A stretch of 63,362 nucleotides of DNA, the filler included, from Phoronis australis (taxonomy: Eukaryota > Animalia > Phoronida): assembly GCA_002633005.1 (NCBI GenBank). It is 6 parts of 6 records of this genome, joined end to end, with 100 filler letters (N's around TTAATTAATTAA, not from the genome) between each part and the next. Parts side by side here need not be neighbours in the genome. Positions count along the whole stretch, not along the records: positions 46,132 to 53,673 come from NMRA01000531.1; positions 53,774 to 56,111 come from NMRA01000724.1; positions 56,212 to 61,787 come from NMRA01002313.1; 3 more parts are not named here. One strand, given 5' to 3'. A program made the position numbers and the translations under genes. The notes beneath the pieces are model-generated. The model did no database searches. It worked only from the letters and a program-made list of their open reading frames with translations, and was not told the DNA's origin. Numbering within the stretch: position 1 is the stretch's first letter; each line of letters begins with the position of its first letter. Positions 48,037 to 61,887 of this stretch are shown here, in pieces.

Positions 48037-49725
48037 CCTGTGAAGGTCTCGCCTTGGTACAAACCAGCTAGGCTTTCCAGGTTCTTACACAACTGACCAA
48101 CCACAGGAATCACAATACTATCCAGGGCTTTGTCCATATATGGCAAGGCAGAGACGACTAGTGACACCCAGTGATGGTGAAGGTGGCAGCATTGTTGTTG
48201 TTTCAGTGCAGTCAAGATGGCTGACAAAAACATACCTTGATTTACCACCGGCTGGTTTGGCAGATAGCGAACTGTGGTCAAGGAATGCTGGTAGGTTAAC
48301 TGAGGGCCACCAGGCGGAAAGGCTTTGTGAATAGGACTCTGAATGTCCTTTTTCTGCTTTTTGACACAATCTTCCAACAGGATGATGACAGACAGAGTTC
48401 GTAGTAGTTTTATGAGAAGAGTGTCGTCAAATCTCCCAAGCACGTTGTCTTCATTGAAGTTGATGATGGCCTCAGTAAAGTTGCCTGAAGGACTGTCACG
48501 TCTTCGCTGGTTGACTACTCGAGCCAGTATGCAGTGAACGATGGCTTTCTGAACCTTGCACTTCTCTAACAGATCGCTAATGAATGATGCAAAGCCCCTC
48601 GCACTATCCTTGACCAGATTGGCCAGCTCAGAGAGCAACAGTGTGAGAACACTAGCAGCTAGTATCTGTACCTCACGGTTGCCATTTAGCTCCACATCGC
48701 TCAGTTTGCTCATCATCAAATTTGGGTAGTAGCTACGAATGAGATAGGAGCAGACAGAAAGCAGCACCTCTAGGTACATGCTGTTGCGGAAGTTCGACAG
48801 TGAGTCACTTACATTACTAAAGAAGTTCTTCCCAAACACTGACTTGCGGTGACGTGCCAGCAATGTCTGTAAATGTACTAACTGGGGAGACTGGCCTTTG
48901 CTCAGGTGGGTGCTGGACATGGCCCCTATAACAAGGCGTGGGTTACACAAGACGATTGCCTTGAGAGAGCGGAGAGCGTACAGTGTGCGCCTGAAGTCGT
49001 ACTTCTGTGAGTAAAGCAACAGGTGGGCGTGAAGAGGGTGAATCTCAGGTGCATCATCATCTAGAACATCCCCATGGTCACTGTCTGAAGTGTCATCATC
49101 AGACACCTTAGTCTGTGGTGCACTCAGCTTCACTTGGCTCAAGTTCACCTTGTCATCACATATACCATCAACACTTTCGTCGATCCCAATCACAGACTGA
49201 ATCATTTCTTCCACCAGAGATTTTACGATGGCCTCTGATGTCAGCTCTGTTGAGCCAACAAATAGTGTGCACTCGTCAACGTTACTTTCACTATCACTAA
49301 CATCGCTGTGGAATTTTATACCCTCCCTTTGACACGTGGCTTTATCTAGTCGTCTAAGATTCTCCACATCAGGATACTTTTTCGAAGGAGGCTCATATCC
49401 ATCAAAAATTATCTTGTCCAAAGAACTTTCGGAGCCAAATGGATTCAAGTGTAAATTGACATTGCACGAGTCAACGCGATCAAAAGCTAGGTCAGATTCA
49501 ACCCTAGTGGGAATTGTTCGTATCCCTGAATCATTCACACTAGTCAGTGCCATTGTTCGCAGCTGTTCCACACTTCTCTTGGATATGGTCTTTGCAGATA
49601 CATGGTAAATGACATTGCCGCCCTCACTACTGATGGCGAATATCTTGGCTTCAGCTGCATCATCCTCGTCACTGGTTAATCGAACTTGTTTTGGCTTAGC
49701 AACAAACACATGCTGAATGGAAATC
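48037..49725 (-). CDS. DOP1A: Single large internal exon (1689 nt) of protein dopey-1 (DOP1A/DOPEY1 family)
   Basis: TTCTTCAG acceptor and GTGAGT donor. Peptides ISIQHV, IHPLHAHLLLYSQKYD, LLARHRKSVFGKNF, MYLEVLLSVCSYLIRSYYP, LEKCKVQKAIVHC, QGMFLSAILTAL..HHHWVSLVVSALPYM..VVGQLCKNLE match recalled Dopey central-region motifs. Confidence 0.92.
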
Positions 49726-51901
49726 CTGAAGAAAATATAATAAAGTGTCAGTGATAGACAAGGAAGATATTAGGTCCTTTAATCAAGAATAAAGCATGTC
49801 TAGGATAAACTGGGGTGTGTGTTTCAAGGAGCAAGGAAAATCATCATCAACCACCTTCTTCACAGTAGGGACGTATGTGTCAATTTTCACAACCATCCTT
49901 ATAGTTAGAGGGATTTGGTTGACAGAGGGGCACACACCAAAAAACCTCAAGTCCATCCAAAAACGAGAGGATAGCTTCATTTCACTAATAGATAGCCTAC
50001 CTACCAGCCGAATTTTATGAAAATCCGTTGAGGACCTTTGAAGATACAGAGGTAAACCTAAAATTGTCACTAGGGGGCACACCGGTAGTCATGTCCATCC
50101 CAAAGTCGTTGTCCTAAGTTGTCAACTTCATATAAATACACTTGTTAAATTTAATAAAGATCCTGCAGAGGGTTTAAGAGGCAAAGCCGTGGGAGCGAGC
50201 AAAAAACTGCCACTAGGAGACGCCACAGTAGTCAAAGTCGGAAAATCATCGTGAGCCGTACTCTTCTAAGGTAAGAACATTTACCGGTACCCAGTATGCC
50301 AATTTTCACAGTCGTTAGGTTGATAGAGGGGTGGACATGTTTATATGTGGGCGCATAAAAAGGGCAGGTTTAGAGCACTCTTTTCGAAAAAAATTTCATC
50401 TTTTAATGTTCCAAAGGTTGTTAAGTCTTGGATTATCATTCAAAACACCATTAGAAATAGTTGCAGAAAAGTGTGTGAAAATCTCGTCGATTGAAGGTAG
50501 AGTGAACTCTACAAAGCACACAAGATGTCCGTAGGCTTTCTTATCCCAACTTCGCCCGCGTCGGCCATTTTCACGGCGCCTAACAACGAAACAACTAACC
50601 ATGCAAGTCGCGCCTTGATTTCTGCCCTAAAACCGATTGCGTCCTTTTAAGCCAGTAAAACTTGATAACAGTGTTTAAACAAACTGATATCAAAATAGCT
50701 ATTTTGATTAAACAAACCCGGCAAATTCAGTACAGTGGTTTTGTTTCTACTAGTAGTAGTAATCATCTTTATTTAAAAGTCGGTGAGGTTTAATAATGGA
50801 ACATTAGCACAAGTTCTATTATTTGACAATTTTAAAATCTACAACAACTTAAACTCCTAGCTAATCATACAGTACAGATATTATACACAACTTCAACACA
50901 AATACAAAAGTACGTGTATGTGTTACGGGGTGTAGACATCTGTATCACTTTTCACAACAGCACTTTACAGAAAAGATATCATTATCATCAATTTTTGCCT
51001 TGACAACTATCTGATCGATTTTAAAGAAGATTTAGTAGTATGGAACTAAAATTTTAAATAGATGAATAAATGGTCACTATATCATCATCATGTGGTGTCA
51101 TCTCCTTTGAGGTCGACTTGCTCTTTGCCTTTCTGGTACATTGCTGCAGTGATGTTAGTATGAAAGGCCCTTATGAAAGGGCCTTACTATTACGTTGTGC
51201 ATATTGGCTCGCTCACAATAGAGCTATTCTTAGGAAGCCTTCACAATGAGCTTTCTGAGCAGGCTGGCCCTTTTGTATTCTTGTTGGCTTCGATCGAAGC
51301 TATTGTTGACAGGGGAGTGTACAGTACTGTCGACCCAAGATCAGGCACTCCAGAAAACGCAAACGAACCAAACGCAAACCCACGCGAGTAAAAGACGAAA
51401 CTTTCGTAGTTGCGTGAATGGTCGGGACGTCACTATCGTCCCTAGCAAACTGGTGGCCAATGAAGTAAGTAAGTAAAATGTTCATTTTATTTGTTTTACA
51501 TCGGTGTAGAAGAGGTTAGCAGCAAAACAGTAACACAAAATGAAATGTTAATGACTTGTTAAATAACATCCACAGTGCTAGCACTGTGAAAGAGTGTAGC
51601 CTGGCGTGCGTTCAGTAACGCTGGGGCCTACGCTGGAATGTTGAATTAGGCCAATGTCTTGCGCTTGCAAAGTTTATTCCAGGTGCAAGCATCTAGTAGT
51701 AATCGCAGTGCTCGTCAACAGTGGCACGATATAGGGTAAAGTGCAAAACACCTATTGTAAAATTTCGTTTCGCGAGGGAAACCCGCCGAAACTTCCCGAC
51801 CGTCGCGCTGCTTGCATCACCGGTGCTTTCAGTCGCAAAGCGGAACAACGGGTGCCCATCCGTTCCTGATCGTCGCGCCCGCGGCCGATCACCTACGCAC
51901 G

Positions 51902-52186
51902 CAGGGGCGGATCCAGGATTTTGAGTTAGGGTTGGAGGGGGCAGGACACGAATAACCAGAATTTCGGCAGATGCGCGCGCCCAGCCTAAGATGTGGGGAT
52001 GCAGTTGTCTCGAATTTTTGGGGATTGTGGACCTGTTGACTAGAAAAAAAACCCCGGTAAACTGGGCTTTGTTCAGGGCCTATGCATTGTTTATTCACCC
52101 CGAGCCCCCTGGTTGCGCGCACGTGCTAGTCACCCGAACTCCCAAATGGTATCTGGTAGAGTTTTAGGGGGGCCATATCCGCCACT
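51902..52186. mobile_element. hAT-like MITE
   Basis: Termini CAGGGGCGGATCC / ATATCCGCCACTG. A related end CAGTGGCGGATCTAC lies at about 53016. Confidence 0.55.
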
Positions 52187-53673
52187 GACACGCGCTAGCT
52201 TTCCGGCGCCGAACGGAACAATGAGTGCGCAAACTTCGAATCGGTCTTCCGGCAACCTGGGTGTAACTGGACTGCATCGTGACGTACCCGCGCTTCACGC
52301 CCTGCCACTAGCCAGTACGGAGGCGGGCCGGAAAGTATTTTTCGTTGTTGTAATTTTCCGCTCTACTTTTTGTGAACTCGAGATAATTACATGCTACCTT
52401 CGCACGGGTACCGTCAAGTGTAAGGGAATCACCTTTCATGGGGTTTACGCTAGACATGGGAAATTGCCCTGTTATCAGTGCTTTTAAGTATTATTTGCTA
52501 TTGGCATCCAATTCTTTGTTTATCGCATTTCATTTTTTGTTGAGCATCCGTTTCACCGTACACAAATGTGGTGGTGGTAATACCGCAAAGTACATACACG
52601 CAATGTGTTTTTATTATCATACCTCAAATTCACATGTGCAGATCTATTCGTGAATATACGTTTCATGTATTTAACTTTAGTGAACGAAGTCCTCAATCAA
52701 ATTATCTTGGTGTTATTCCCATCAAAGTAGAGCATGGAGTCGATAGCTGTGCGAAGAGAATGTGGCCAAAAAGCGCAGTGGCCTTGACATGTAGAATACA
52801 GCAGCTTTTGCGAAACACATGTCTCACACTGTGTTGTCTTCCAGCAAATGGATTATAACGCAGGCCTCTTTTAACGTATCCAGTGCCTGACCCTGTATTG
52901 TAAGCAGTTATTCAAATGATGTTCGACATGGAGGATTACTGTTCGTAGACTGAAAAGTCCAAGTCTAATTTCACTGCATCTTTTTCATTTTTGCCATTTT
53001 CTTCACCATCAAGTGCAGTGGCGGATCTACGGGGGGGTTCAGGGGGTTTAAACCCCCCCTCGGGCCAGGACCCAAAAATTAAAAAAAAACAAAAGCGTAT
53101 CCAGCAAAACAAAAAAGACACCGCCAGCGTGTGTAAACCCCAAGTAAACCAACTAGGAAAAAATTGAGGGGGGGGGTTCACTCTGAAAATATAGTTTTTT
53201 GCATTGTGATTTGCTGAGTCTTTGTGGCTCATCGGCAAAACGCGCGGGGATTAATTGTGCGCGCGCTTCCGTCGACACTTCTGAAGTAGCCAAGCATTTT
53301 AGATGGATTCACCGCCGAAAGAGCAGTTCTATAGCTGATTTCTTTAGGTAACTAGCTTAATTACTCTAAGATATATTTTGATTTGATTAGGGGAAATACT
53401 GCGGTGCCGTAACACTGATATTCAGGCGAATTGACGTGCAACGTTTTTACCTCATCTGTCATGCCGTGTCGTTCTATTACACTCCACACGTTTGTAACTG
53501 ATGTATAGTAAAGTTGTCTTGCGCAATATCATACAGTGTACATGTACATGTAATATTGTGAACATGTACATGTAATATTTTTGAAAAAAATTCTTTTTCC
53601 GAAGAATTGCTATTGTGGCGGGCGCCGTGGTCTGGTCGCGAGTCCGCTTGAAGACACACTCTGTAACAAGTTA

Positions 53674-53773
53674 NNNNNNNNNNNNNNNNNNNNNNNNNNN
53701 NNNNNNNNNNNNNNNNNTTAATTAATTAANNNNNNNNNNNNNNNNNNNNNNNNNNNNNNNNNNNNNNNNNNNN
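53674..53773. other. Artificial contig spacer
   Basis: 44N-TTAATTAATTAA-44N. Confidence 0.97.
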
Positions 53774-56111
53774 TATCAGGGCTCGACGCTAATAAAATCG
53801 CCAGGTCGCATTTTGCGACCTAGCCAAAATCCCAGGTCGCATTTTCAAAATCCAGCTCGCATTCGTAAATGCCAGGTCGCAAAATTTTCCCGCCATTTTT
53901 ACGCGCCAAAACAGATTTTTTAGATCATCGGGAAAATGTTTAGATTATGCTCTTACCTGCAGCGTTAAATACTCACAAATTTCGGATTTCAAAATTGACT
54001 TCATTCATGCAGGTACGGCCTTACTGTTCTTCACGACCGCCATTGAAAGTCTCTAGAGCGCAAGGTAAGTTGCCGGCGTGAAAGTTGAATCAGTGCTCTC
54101 TAACTGACTCGTGCATTCGAGTAGCTAAATTTGCGATGTGAAAAGGGAGAAAATGCCCGTTGAAAAAGTATCCGGGATTTTGTTAGATCTGGTCTTCTAC
54201 TGGCAGTCATCAAAGTCGTTAACGATTCAAACTAACTCGGGTAATCGCAAGTTTGCTCTTCAATACCTTCCAAGTACGGGAAAAATAGGTCAGTCGCAAA
54301 ACGACACTTATGTCACTAGAGTTAATTTTCTTTCCGAGGTATAAAACAAAGCCGGGATTTGGTTTTTACATGTTGTGAAAAGACGTTTTTGACAACTGAA
54401 GTTGTGTAAAATGAAAGTGACACACACCATATAAACTGCGTGTCAATTTTAAACCACACGCGGTTGTTTGTAGTGAGCAATGATGGGCGCTAGCTTGAAC
54501 TGTGGGCGCTTAATTGGAAATTCTCAAAATTTAAGGGAGGACTTTTAATAGATACGTTTTTAGTGTTTTCGAGTCTGTTTTTGTGCGTCCACCCCTCTAT
54601 CAACCAAACCGCTCAAAGGATGATTGTGAAAATTGGCATGTATATGCTTACTATGTAGAGGACGGTTGACGATTATTTTCCGACGATTTCGACTACTGTG
54701 GCGCCTCCTAGTGGCAGTTTTTTTGCGCCTATGGCTGTATCTCCTAAACCGTTCGCAGGATCTTTACGAAATTGTGTAAGTATATTTATATGATGTTGAC
54801 AACGGACGATGACGACTTTAGGATGATTCTGACTACCGGCATGCCTCTTGTGGCAATTTTAGTATTTTACATTGACCTCTGTATTTTCATAGGTCTTCAG
54901 GTGTATACTTTGTGTTACTTCGTGACTATGAAGGAAAAGTTCCAAGTAGAAATTGTTTCTGGCATTCTAATGCTGTGCTAATCTCGTATGTTGGTAAATT
55001 TGTTTTTAATTCTATGTTTCTGTGGGGCTTTAAGCAACTGATGTATAGGATGTGCTTGTATTATGAAGATCACTCATATTTTGCCCCTAGCCTATTGAGG
55101 AGACAATGACCATGCCTTTCCATTTTGCAAAGTACAACATACTACATATATGCCCTCTACTGACCACTTTATGGTACCAATAAACAACCCTAGAAGGATA
55201 CCGTATACGGTGCAATTGTGGGCGCATTTCAACGCTCTGCGTTGCTCTTGTTTAATTTGTCAGTTGACCAAAGACATCGTTCCCTCATTAAGTCTTGTTC
55301 AGGGTGCAGAACCGCTTGGCCTGTTAGATGCTTGAAAAACGCCATATTACTGACGGAGATTGAAGGTTCCCTTGGTACGGCACCACCGAACAGGTTTGGG
55401 AAGCTACAGTGAGAAACCGATAATGTGAAGGACGGTTTGAGAACAGCTGTAGACGCAGGGATATTGATGAGGTAGCGAGTATGATCACGTGGTTCGCTTG
55501 TAATTCATGGCCATAAGTCATGACGTCGTGCGTGTTTTTTTGAGATTTCCCGAGATTCTCGTCTCTACGGATTAAATCATAGATGGGCAAATTTGTGTCG
55601 TTGCAAGCACATTTGCTACGGCTAAAGACAAAGAGATTCAGTCACAACGCCATATCAATAGAGGTCAGGTAATTTAATTGCTATCAGACCTTACGTAAGA
55701 GATTGCTCGTTTCACGTCGAGCACATCAAGCAATGTCAAACGAAAGCACAAGAGTCACACGCGCAAAACATCAACGAAATAGATTGGCCAGCGTGTTCAC
55801 TAGACCTCAGCCCATTTTTCAATGGACGGGAAAATTGGCAGAGAAGTAGCACGACCCATTATCAACGACTTTAGCATATTCTTGGTTTTGAGTGGAATGC
55901 CATTCCCCAAGCCTACGTCAGAACTTTTTTCCATTGTACGAGATGTGCGTCATGCGTGCAAGGTGATGATGGGCCAAGCAAGTACCGCTGGTACTAAAAT
56001 AAAAAGCTCTTTAATGAAAATATTATCAACTTCTATTCAACTTCTTCTCATTCACCGCTTCCTTGCTATAACGCAATCTACACAAGCGAAATTGCAGTTT
56101 TTAGTGCTTGG

Positions 56112-56211
56112 NNNNNNNNNNNNNNNNNNNNNNNNNNNNNNNNNNNNNNNNNNNNTTAATTAATTAANNNNNNNNNNNNNNNNNNNNNNNNNNNNNNNNN
56201 NNNNNNNNNNN
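56112..56211. other. Artificial contig spacer
   Basis: 44N-TTAATTAATTAA-44N. Confidence 0.97.
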
Positions 56212-59200
56212 ATGAGGTTCCAAATAAGGTTACCCAGAAATTGGACAATGGTGTCGATACAAGCTATCACGGAAAACAGGCTGCCTGAGAGCGAAAGAAA
56301 ACAAATAATTGAATGCACATTGTCTGATGGATTAAACCAAGTAAGCAGGTTATTCATATTAAAACATGTTTAAATTTCACTACCTTGATAACCAAACATT
56401 ACCAGTGGTCGCGAATCACGGAACGTAATGCGTAATACGAGAAATCCTTACACCGCCGCACAGAGAATCCTTATGGTTAAGTAGGGTGTTATTAAAAGGT
56501 GTGCACATTTATCCAAATATCTATAAACTTCTAGATTTTAAGTCAGTAATATTCCCTGAAAGTTGAAAGCATGAAGACTTCCCTTGTTTGACATTTTACA
56601 AATCTGTCGTTAATTGGATCGCGTATAATTTAGTAAAAAGAAATGTAACTGAAAGGAAAACAGTGGTATCAATAACACATGACCAAATTTTATTTGATAT
56701 GAATGCTCAAGATGAAATATCAAAAACGGTGTTAGAGTTCTGTCACTTCGTTTTCGTTTTACGCAAATTAACATTTTTTTCATGAAAATTGTAACAGCCA
56801 TGAAGTTGACCCTCACTTTAAAGTTGGCCATCAAAACAATTCCTAACGGTAGTTTGGAGAACTATGCAAAAAAGTATAGTATCTGGGAGTTTCATACGAA
56901 TCTAATCAGTCATTTCTGGGACATGGTATTCCGAACTACAACAAATTTAGATATTTTTGAATGGTCCTACATAGCCTCGATGCGGATCATGTTTAATGCT
57001 TTGAGAGATTCCTGCGGCCGTGGTAAGAGTTCGTGATCTGATACTCATGTACCTTGCTGGGCTTGGGAAACGGTCTTTGACATTCTTGCGCGTAACACAG
57101 GAAGCACCATTAGCTCAAAGACACCACACGGAATAGCTAGAAAGAGAACCGCACCTTCTATTATGTGCAAAATCGGGAGAAATGCATATGCGTATTTAGT
57201 GGTTACGGGCATCAGCCCTTCGAGCTAGCCAAGAAAAACGCTGTTGACATTCTGTTATCAGGGGTTAGGCGAACATGGTTCCTTTGAAAACTGTGGTTTA
57301 CTCCCCACCTCCTCGCGTCATTCTAGTTCCGCCAGTGGTATGTTTGTGTCATGAAATCCGTGACATTCATAAAACATATATAATTCTTCGCACGTTAGTT
57401 TGATAGTGTTATTACTTATTGATATTATTTCTTTGCTAGCAAATTGTTTGTGTTTATAGAAACTTGTTTTGGCTGTCAGCTGAGTCACCGACAAACCCAT
57501 CCGGTGCATCCACACATGTTTTGATGATCTCTGTAGTAAACAAGATTGCGTAATCGTCATTCACAGAAACATCGCCTAAAGACCGCTGACCATTACCATA
57601 TATGGCAAACACAACAGAATAGTTCAGATGATTGTTGTGAAAGCTCTTACAGTTGCTTCCTGTTTTTTTCCTGTAGGATATTGAATCATAAAATTTGGTG
57701 CATGCAACCCACATACTTGTGACTTGTATATAAATCCGTTCACTTGTCTAATAAAGACAGTCCTCATCTTGCTACTGCCAGTTGCTTTACTAGTGTAATT
57801 GAGTGTTCCACACTTAGTTACTGAATACAACCATCTCACTGACGGACCGAGACAGTCCACAACACAACACAACGGTGCTACTAAGTCGAGTTATTCACTA
57901 TTCTACTACAGTTTGCGATTAAAAGGAGTCTGCAACGGCACTAATAATCTCCTGACTCTAGCGATTTGTCAAAGGTCTATCTTTACGTAATCGAACTTTC
58001 TCGAATGTTGAATGGTCCCGCAGTGAAATCCATCTGTAGGTTAATTAATTCAGTTGAATGCAATACGAGTAAAATGTAATATTTCTATTGTATTCCACAA
58101 TTTTAGCCTCGAATGGCAGAAAAAACCGTGCAATAAAGCTATCTCACTAGTGAGATAACATCTTGACGTGGCCGGATTCGAACGGGCATCAAGAGTTTCA
58201 AGTCGCCAACTTTACCACTTCACCACTCAGCGGCTGACGTCATTGAACGTGGAAATTGAATACTTTTATAAGCACGCGCAACAATCGCATGTTCAGCAAA
58301 GGGCATTCCAACGACATTTATACGCTTTGAAAAATAAGACGCATAATTTCCATAAAAACGATATTTTGATTGAGTGAAATTTTTCTCTCGAGTTTTCTCA
58401 CTTGTAAATCACCGATATCCAATTTGAATGCGAGTATCGTGTCGTCGGTATCCTTTAACTTGGGCATTATAGTCAGTTACTAGTGGTAATGTACTTTAGC
58501 AGACGATATTTTCCCGGTCGAAGCTTAGCTGCATAAAATGTGTAGTAAGCTATAATAGTTGCTAAACCTTAATATATAGATTCACTTTATTTCTATTTTC
58601 TTTAAATTTTCAATTGGTTTTGAGTATAAGCATTATTTGACAAAAATAACTCGGCTTTTCTTAAAAGGTCACGACCTCCAACCCCGGGCCTCTGACATAG
58701 AAAGTAGTTACAAAGCCGAGGAGAGTCGAGAAACGTAGATCGATTCATTGCAATGTTTCTCGTTCAGTATGTGGTATAAATAGATTATTACATGTTCTCA
58801 GTCGTTATCCCCATTATCTAGAGCCCTCGTGGATTTTGGAGAATTATCACCCTCTGGCTCTAGATAACGGGGGATAACGACTTCGCCATGTAATAATCTC
58901 TATTCATCATATACGCGTGATTGTATGGCCATGAAATACGGGTCGTATTTTGAGGTTTGATATGGAAGAACTAATTTTCCATATTCAACACGCGTTGAAT
59001 ATGAATTTTCCATATTCAACACGCGTTGAATATGGATTGTCCATATTCAGCACGCGTTGAATATGGATTGTCCATATTCAGCACGCGTTGAATACGGACA
59101 ATCCATATTCAACACGCGTTAAATACGCCTGCCTTCCTTATCTCCAAAACTCTCTCCTGTGCGCACAATACACTACTAGCAACATGATTATACGTACGTA

Positions 59201-61787
59201 CGTACGTACGTATGTATTTATAAGTATATAGCACCACTTTGGGTTCAGCTCCGTGCGCAATATTTTCACATGCCAATAATATGACACGAGTTCTGAAAAC
59301 TTAACAAAAAAGTGAAATGAAAATATTGTTGACAATGTTTCTTAATAAACTTGAAATTTTGCACCTGAGCAGAGCACTTAAATCACAAAAAATCTCGAAC
59401 TTGCCACAATACATTTGGGATTAGGAAAGCAATATACATTACCCCTGCATGCCTCCTTTTGGTGACCTATTGACTACACTAGTTGAGGTTCTTTACGGTC
59501 AAATGTGAGTCAATTTCTAAATTCATTCTCAAAACAATCAAAATACGTCGAGCCCAGAAGCAAAACTGCAACTTTTATAAACGCTGTGTTTTTGTCAATT
59601 TGACGATAAATTTCGGAGTACTTTCTACCTTAAAAATTATAAGAACCGCGCTCAAAGAGCATTTTTAAGAAGCGTCTGAACGTGCATCAGCCACAACGTC
59701 TAGGTGTCCTGCACAGATATTACCAAACTGAAGACGAAAATCGCAGATATGCACCAGGCCCCAACCCTGTAGCTGGTGTAAAATACAACTTGACTGCCGT
59801 GACATTCAGGCTGCAAAAATTCATTCATAAAAAATTTTCGTGCACGTATACGTGTCACGCGATCTGCGATCATCATTGATAGAAGATGACGTGTTTGTAC
59901 CAGTGTGTCATTAATCTCGATTCGTACGTTGTATAACCTATATGTATGACTGGGAATTAACGTCACCTTTTTGAAGGCGGTTTTGACCAATTTGGAAAAT
60001 CTTGAAAATATTAGTGTGACCCCTTGAGCAAGACGCAATGCGCATGCTGTGTTTGTCTGAGAGGCTGAACCGCCACTGTTATTATACACCGGTGACCTAA
60101 AGTCGTGAATATAAGCATAATAAGTGCCGATTGCCATACTACCCAATGTCCGTTAGCAACTGCTCATGTGATGTCATCGACATATGTCAGCCTTCACAAA
60201 TATACGTGTTTTGACAATCTTAATCCTTGTTTGTCTCCGTAAGCAGAGTTTTGAAACGGTCGCTGATATCGGCGGCCATTTTGAATGAGGCCCTAAAGTC
60301 GTGACCGTTTCGGTTATACGGAAATACACGAAGTAAGACCTCACAAGTCAACTACAGTGCGTACAGTTACTCTAGATGACATAAAAATGCATTGCATTGT
60401 TTATTAATTCAGTTTCAATTGAAATAAATTGTTAAAAGTTTTGCACCCAACTTTGATGTGCACAGACGTTTTCAATGAGGTTGTTCACGTAAAACGCTAA
60501 GAACCCAGCATAAATTATCGCTCTGTATTTTATTGTTTTGGCCTTACAAAACTTGATCAACCCTGGGACATTTTGATACATTGTTCAAGCTATTTTTGGA
60601 GCGTGTGTTTGAGTAAATCTGAACGATAAATATTTTCGAAAATATATCCCAAAAATGCCCAAAAAAGTGAATTAGTGAAATATGCTGTTTTTAAGATACA
60701 TTTGAAAAAAGAAGCCACCCACTCACTGTTTGTTATCATATTGTGAATACAAACACGTCCGGGTATTCGTTTGACGTTCGTAAGCAGACGAACGCTGAAA
60801 ACTTCAACGCCAGATGTCGCAGGACCGCGCAGAACAGGAAATAAGATCGTTCACGACTTTAGGGCACTCACGACTTTAGGGCCTCTGACGGTAGAAGCTG
60901 GCATCATTGCGTAAGTCAAAGACAAGACGAGGGTCTCGGCTAGACGGTGCACTTTACAACTGAGGTAGAGTTCAGTACATGTCTTGCTGCCAGAGAAATC
61001 ATGTGCTCTCATATAGAATACACGGCTATATACACGTGTCGCACTACCTCGCGAAGTCTTGCTTTCCTAGCGAAGTCCTAATGAGATTCTAGAGTTACTT
61101 AACTCTACCCTGACCTGAAAGGCAAGGTGACGTTTTCGAAACTTCTTCAATGCGTCACTACGCCTGGTGCGACGAGCATTGTTTTGTAACGTAAATTCAT
61201 TCGTATAGAAATTGACTAAAAGATTCAGAGTACCTTTTAAAGTAAGTAAAATGTACCAAATTGACCAGAAAGCTTCAAAAAGTAGAACCACTTTTAGGCG
61301 ATGACTGAGAGCCCAGTAACCAGACTTCGGAGTGGGTAGGAGGAAGAGATGCGGCGTATTTTTTTGCTAACAGGTCCATCGAATAAAGTACCAACACTCA
61401 AAATTTTCTTTAACTTGTTTGAACACTTGGCAAAACAAGTTAGTGGTTACATGTAAAGCGTATTGGCCACACACACACATGTGCAACCTAAGCTTTTCGT
61501 GTCCAATATTTTGATAGACAACAGACAATGAGTGAAAAACTGAGTTTTGATTCTTACCAATGTATACCATCGCCCGAGTTCTTGCTACACCGAACATTGT
61601 ATAACGTGCTGCTCCAGAAAAGCAACTGATCAGACAAACGACAGTGTCAGATATTTTGAGCACTTTGAAGAACAGAAATACGCCAATCGCCGATCCCAGA
61701 GCTAAAGCTATGCACGTTATTCCCATCGTGATCCCTATTTCCATGGAACTCAAGCAGAGTGGAGAGTTCAGCATATAGAGTGTTTGA
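56212..61787 (-). CDS. SLC46-family MFS transporter (PCFT/SLC46A-like), partial, 3 exons
   Basis: Exons 61558-61787 (TLYMLNSPLCLSSMEIG..ISDTVVCLIS..MFGVART..MVYI), 57053-57136 (LPVLRARMSKTVSQAQQ) and 56212-56284 (GSLFSVIACIDTIVQFLG). These parallel PCFT LYELSTPLCW, PVIRAKLSKLV and EQGALFSAVAC. Phases join. Confidence 0.88.
58166..58231 (-). mobile_element. tRNA-derived SINE head or tRNA pseudogene
   Basis: The minus strand has A-box TGGTGAAGTGG and B-box GTTCGAATCC. Acceptor and anticodon stems do not pair properly. Confidence 0.55.
58768..58912. repeat. About 145-bp hairpin element
   Basis: AGATTATTACATG..AGTCGTTATCCCC.TTATCTAGAGCC is mirrored by GGCTCTAGATAACGGGGATAACGACT..CATGTAATAATCT. 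Confidence 0.75.
58978..59127. repeat. Tandem array of about 31-bp self-palindromic units (5 copies)
   Basis: Unit TCCATATTCA(A/G)CACGCGTTGAATATGG plus a short spacer. Confidence 0.85.
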
Positions 61788-61887
61788 NNNNNNNNNNNNN
61801 NNNNNNNNNNNNNNNNNNNNNNNNNNNNNNNTTAATTAATTAANNNNNNNNNNNNNNNNNNNNNNNNNNNNNNNNNNNNNNNNNNNN
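61788..61887. other. Artificial contig spacer
   Basis: 44N-TTAATTAATTAA-44N. Confidence 0.97.

Noticed and set aside
57318-57872. CCVVDC-starting ORF cluster as a second THAP gene
   Set aside because: It lacks the FP, W and CxxHF THAP motifs.
58166-58231. Functional tRNA gene
   Set aside because: A and B boxes are present but the cloverleaf stems fail, so it is treated as a SINE head or pseudogene.
58978-59127. CRISPR-like array of palindromic repeats
   Set aside because: There are no unique spacers and no cas genes, and the context is a eukaryotic intron.
59700-60146. 148-aa minus-strand ORF, and most other short ORFs in the track
   Set aside because: No recognisable domain or splice-consistent structure. 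Many are antisense shadows of real exons or translations of repeats.
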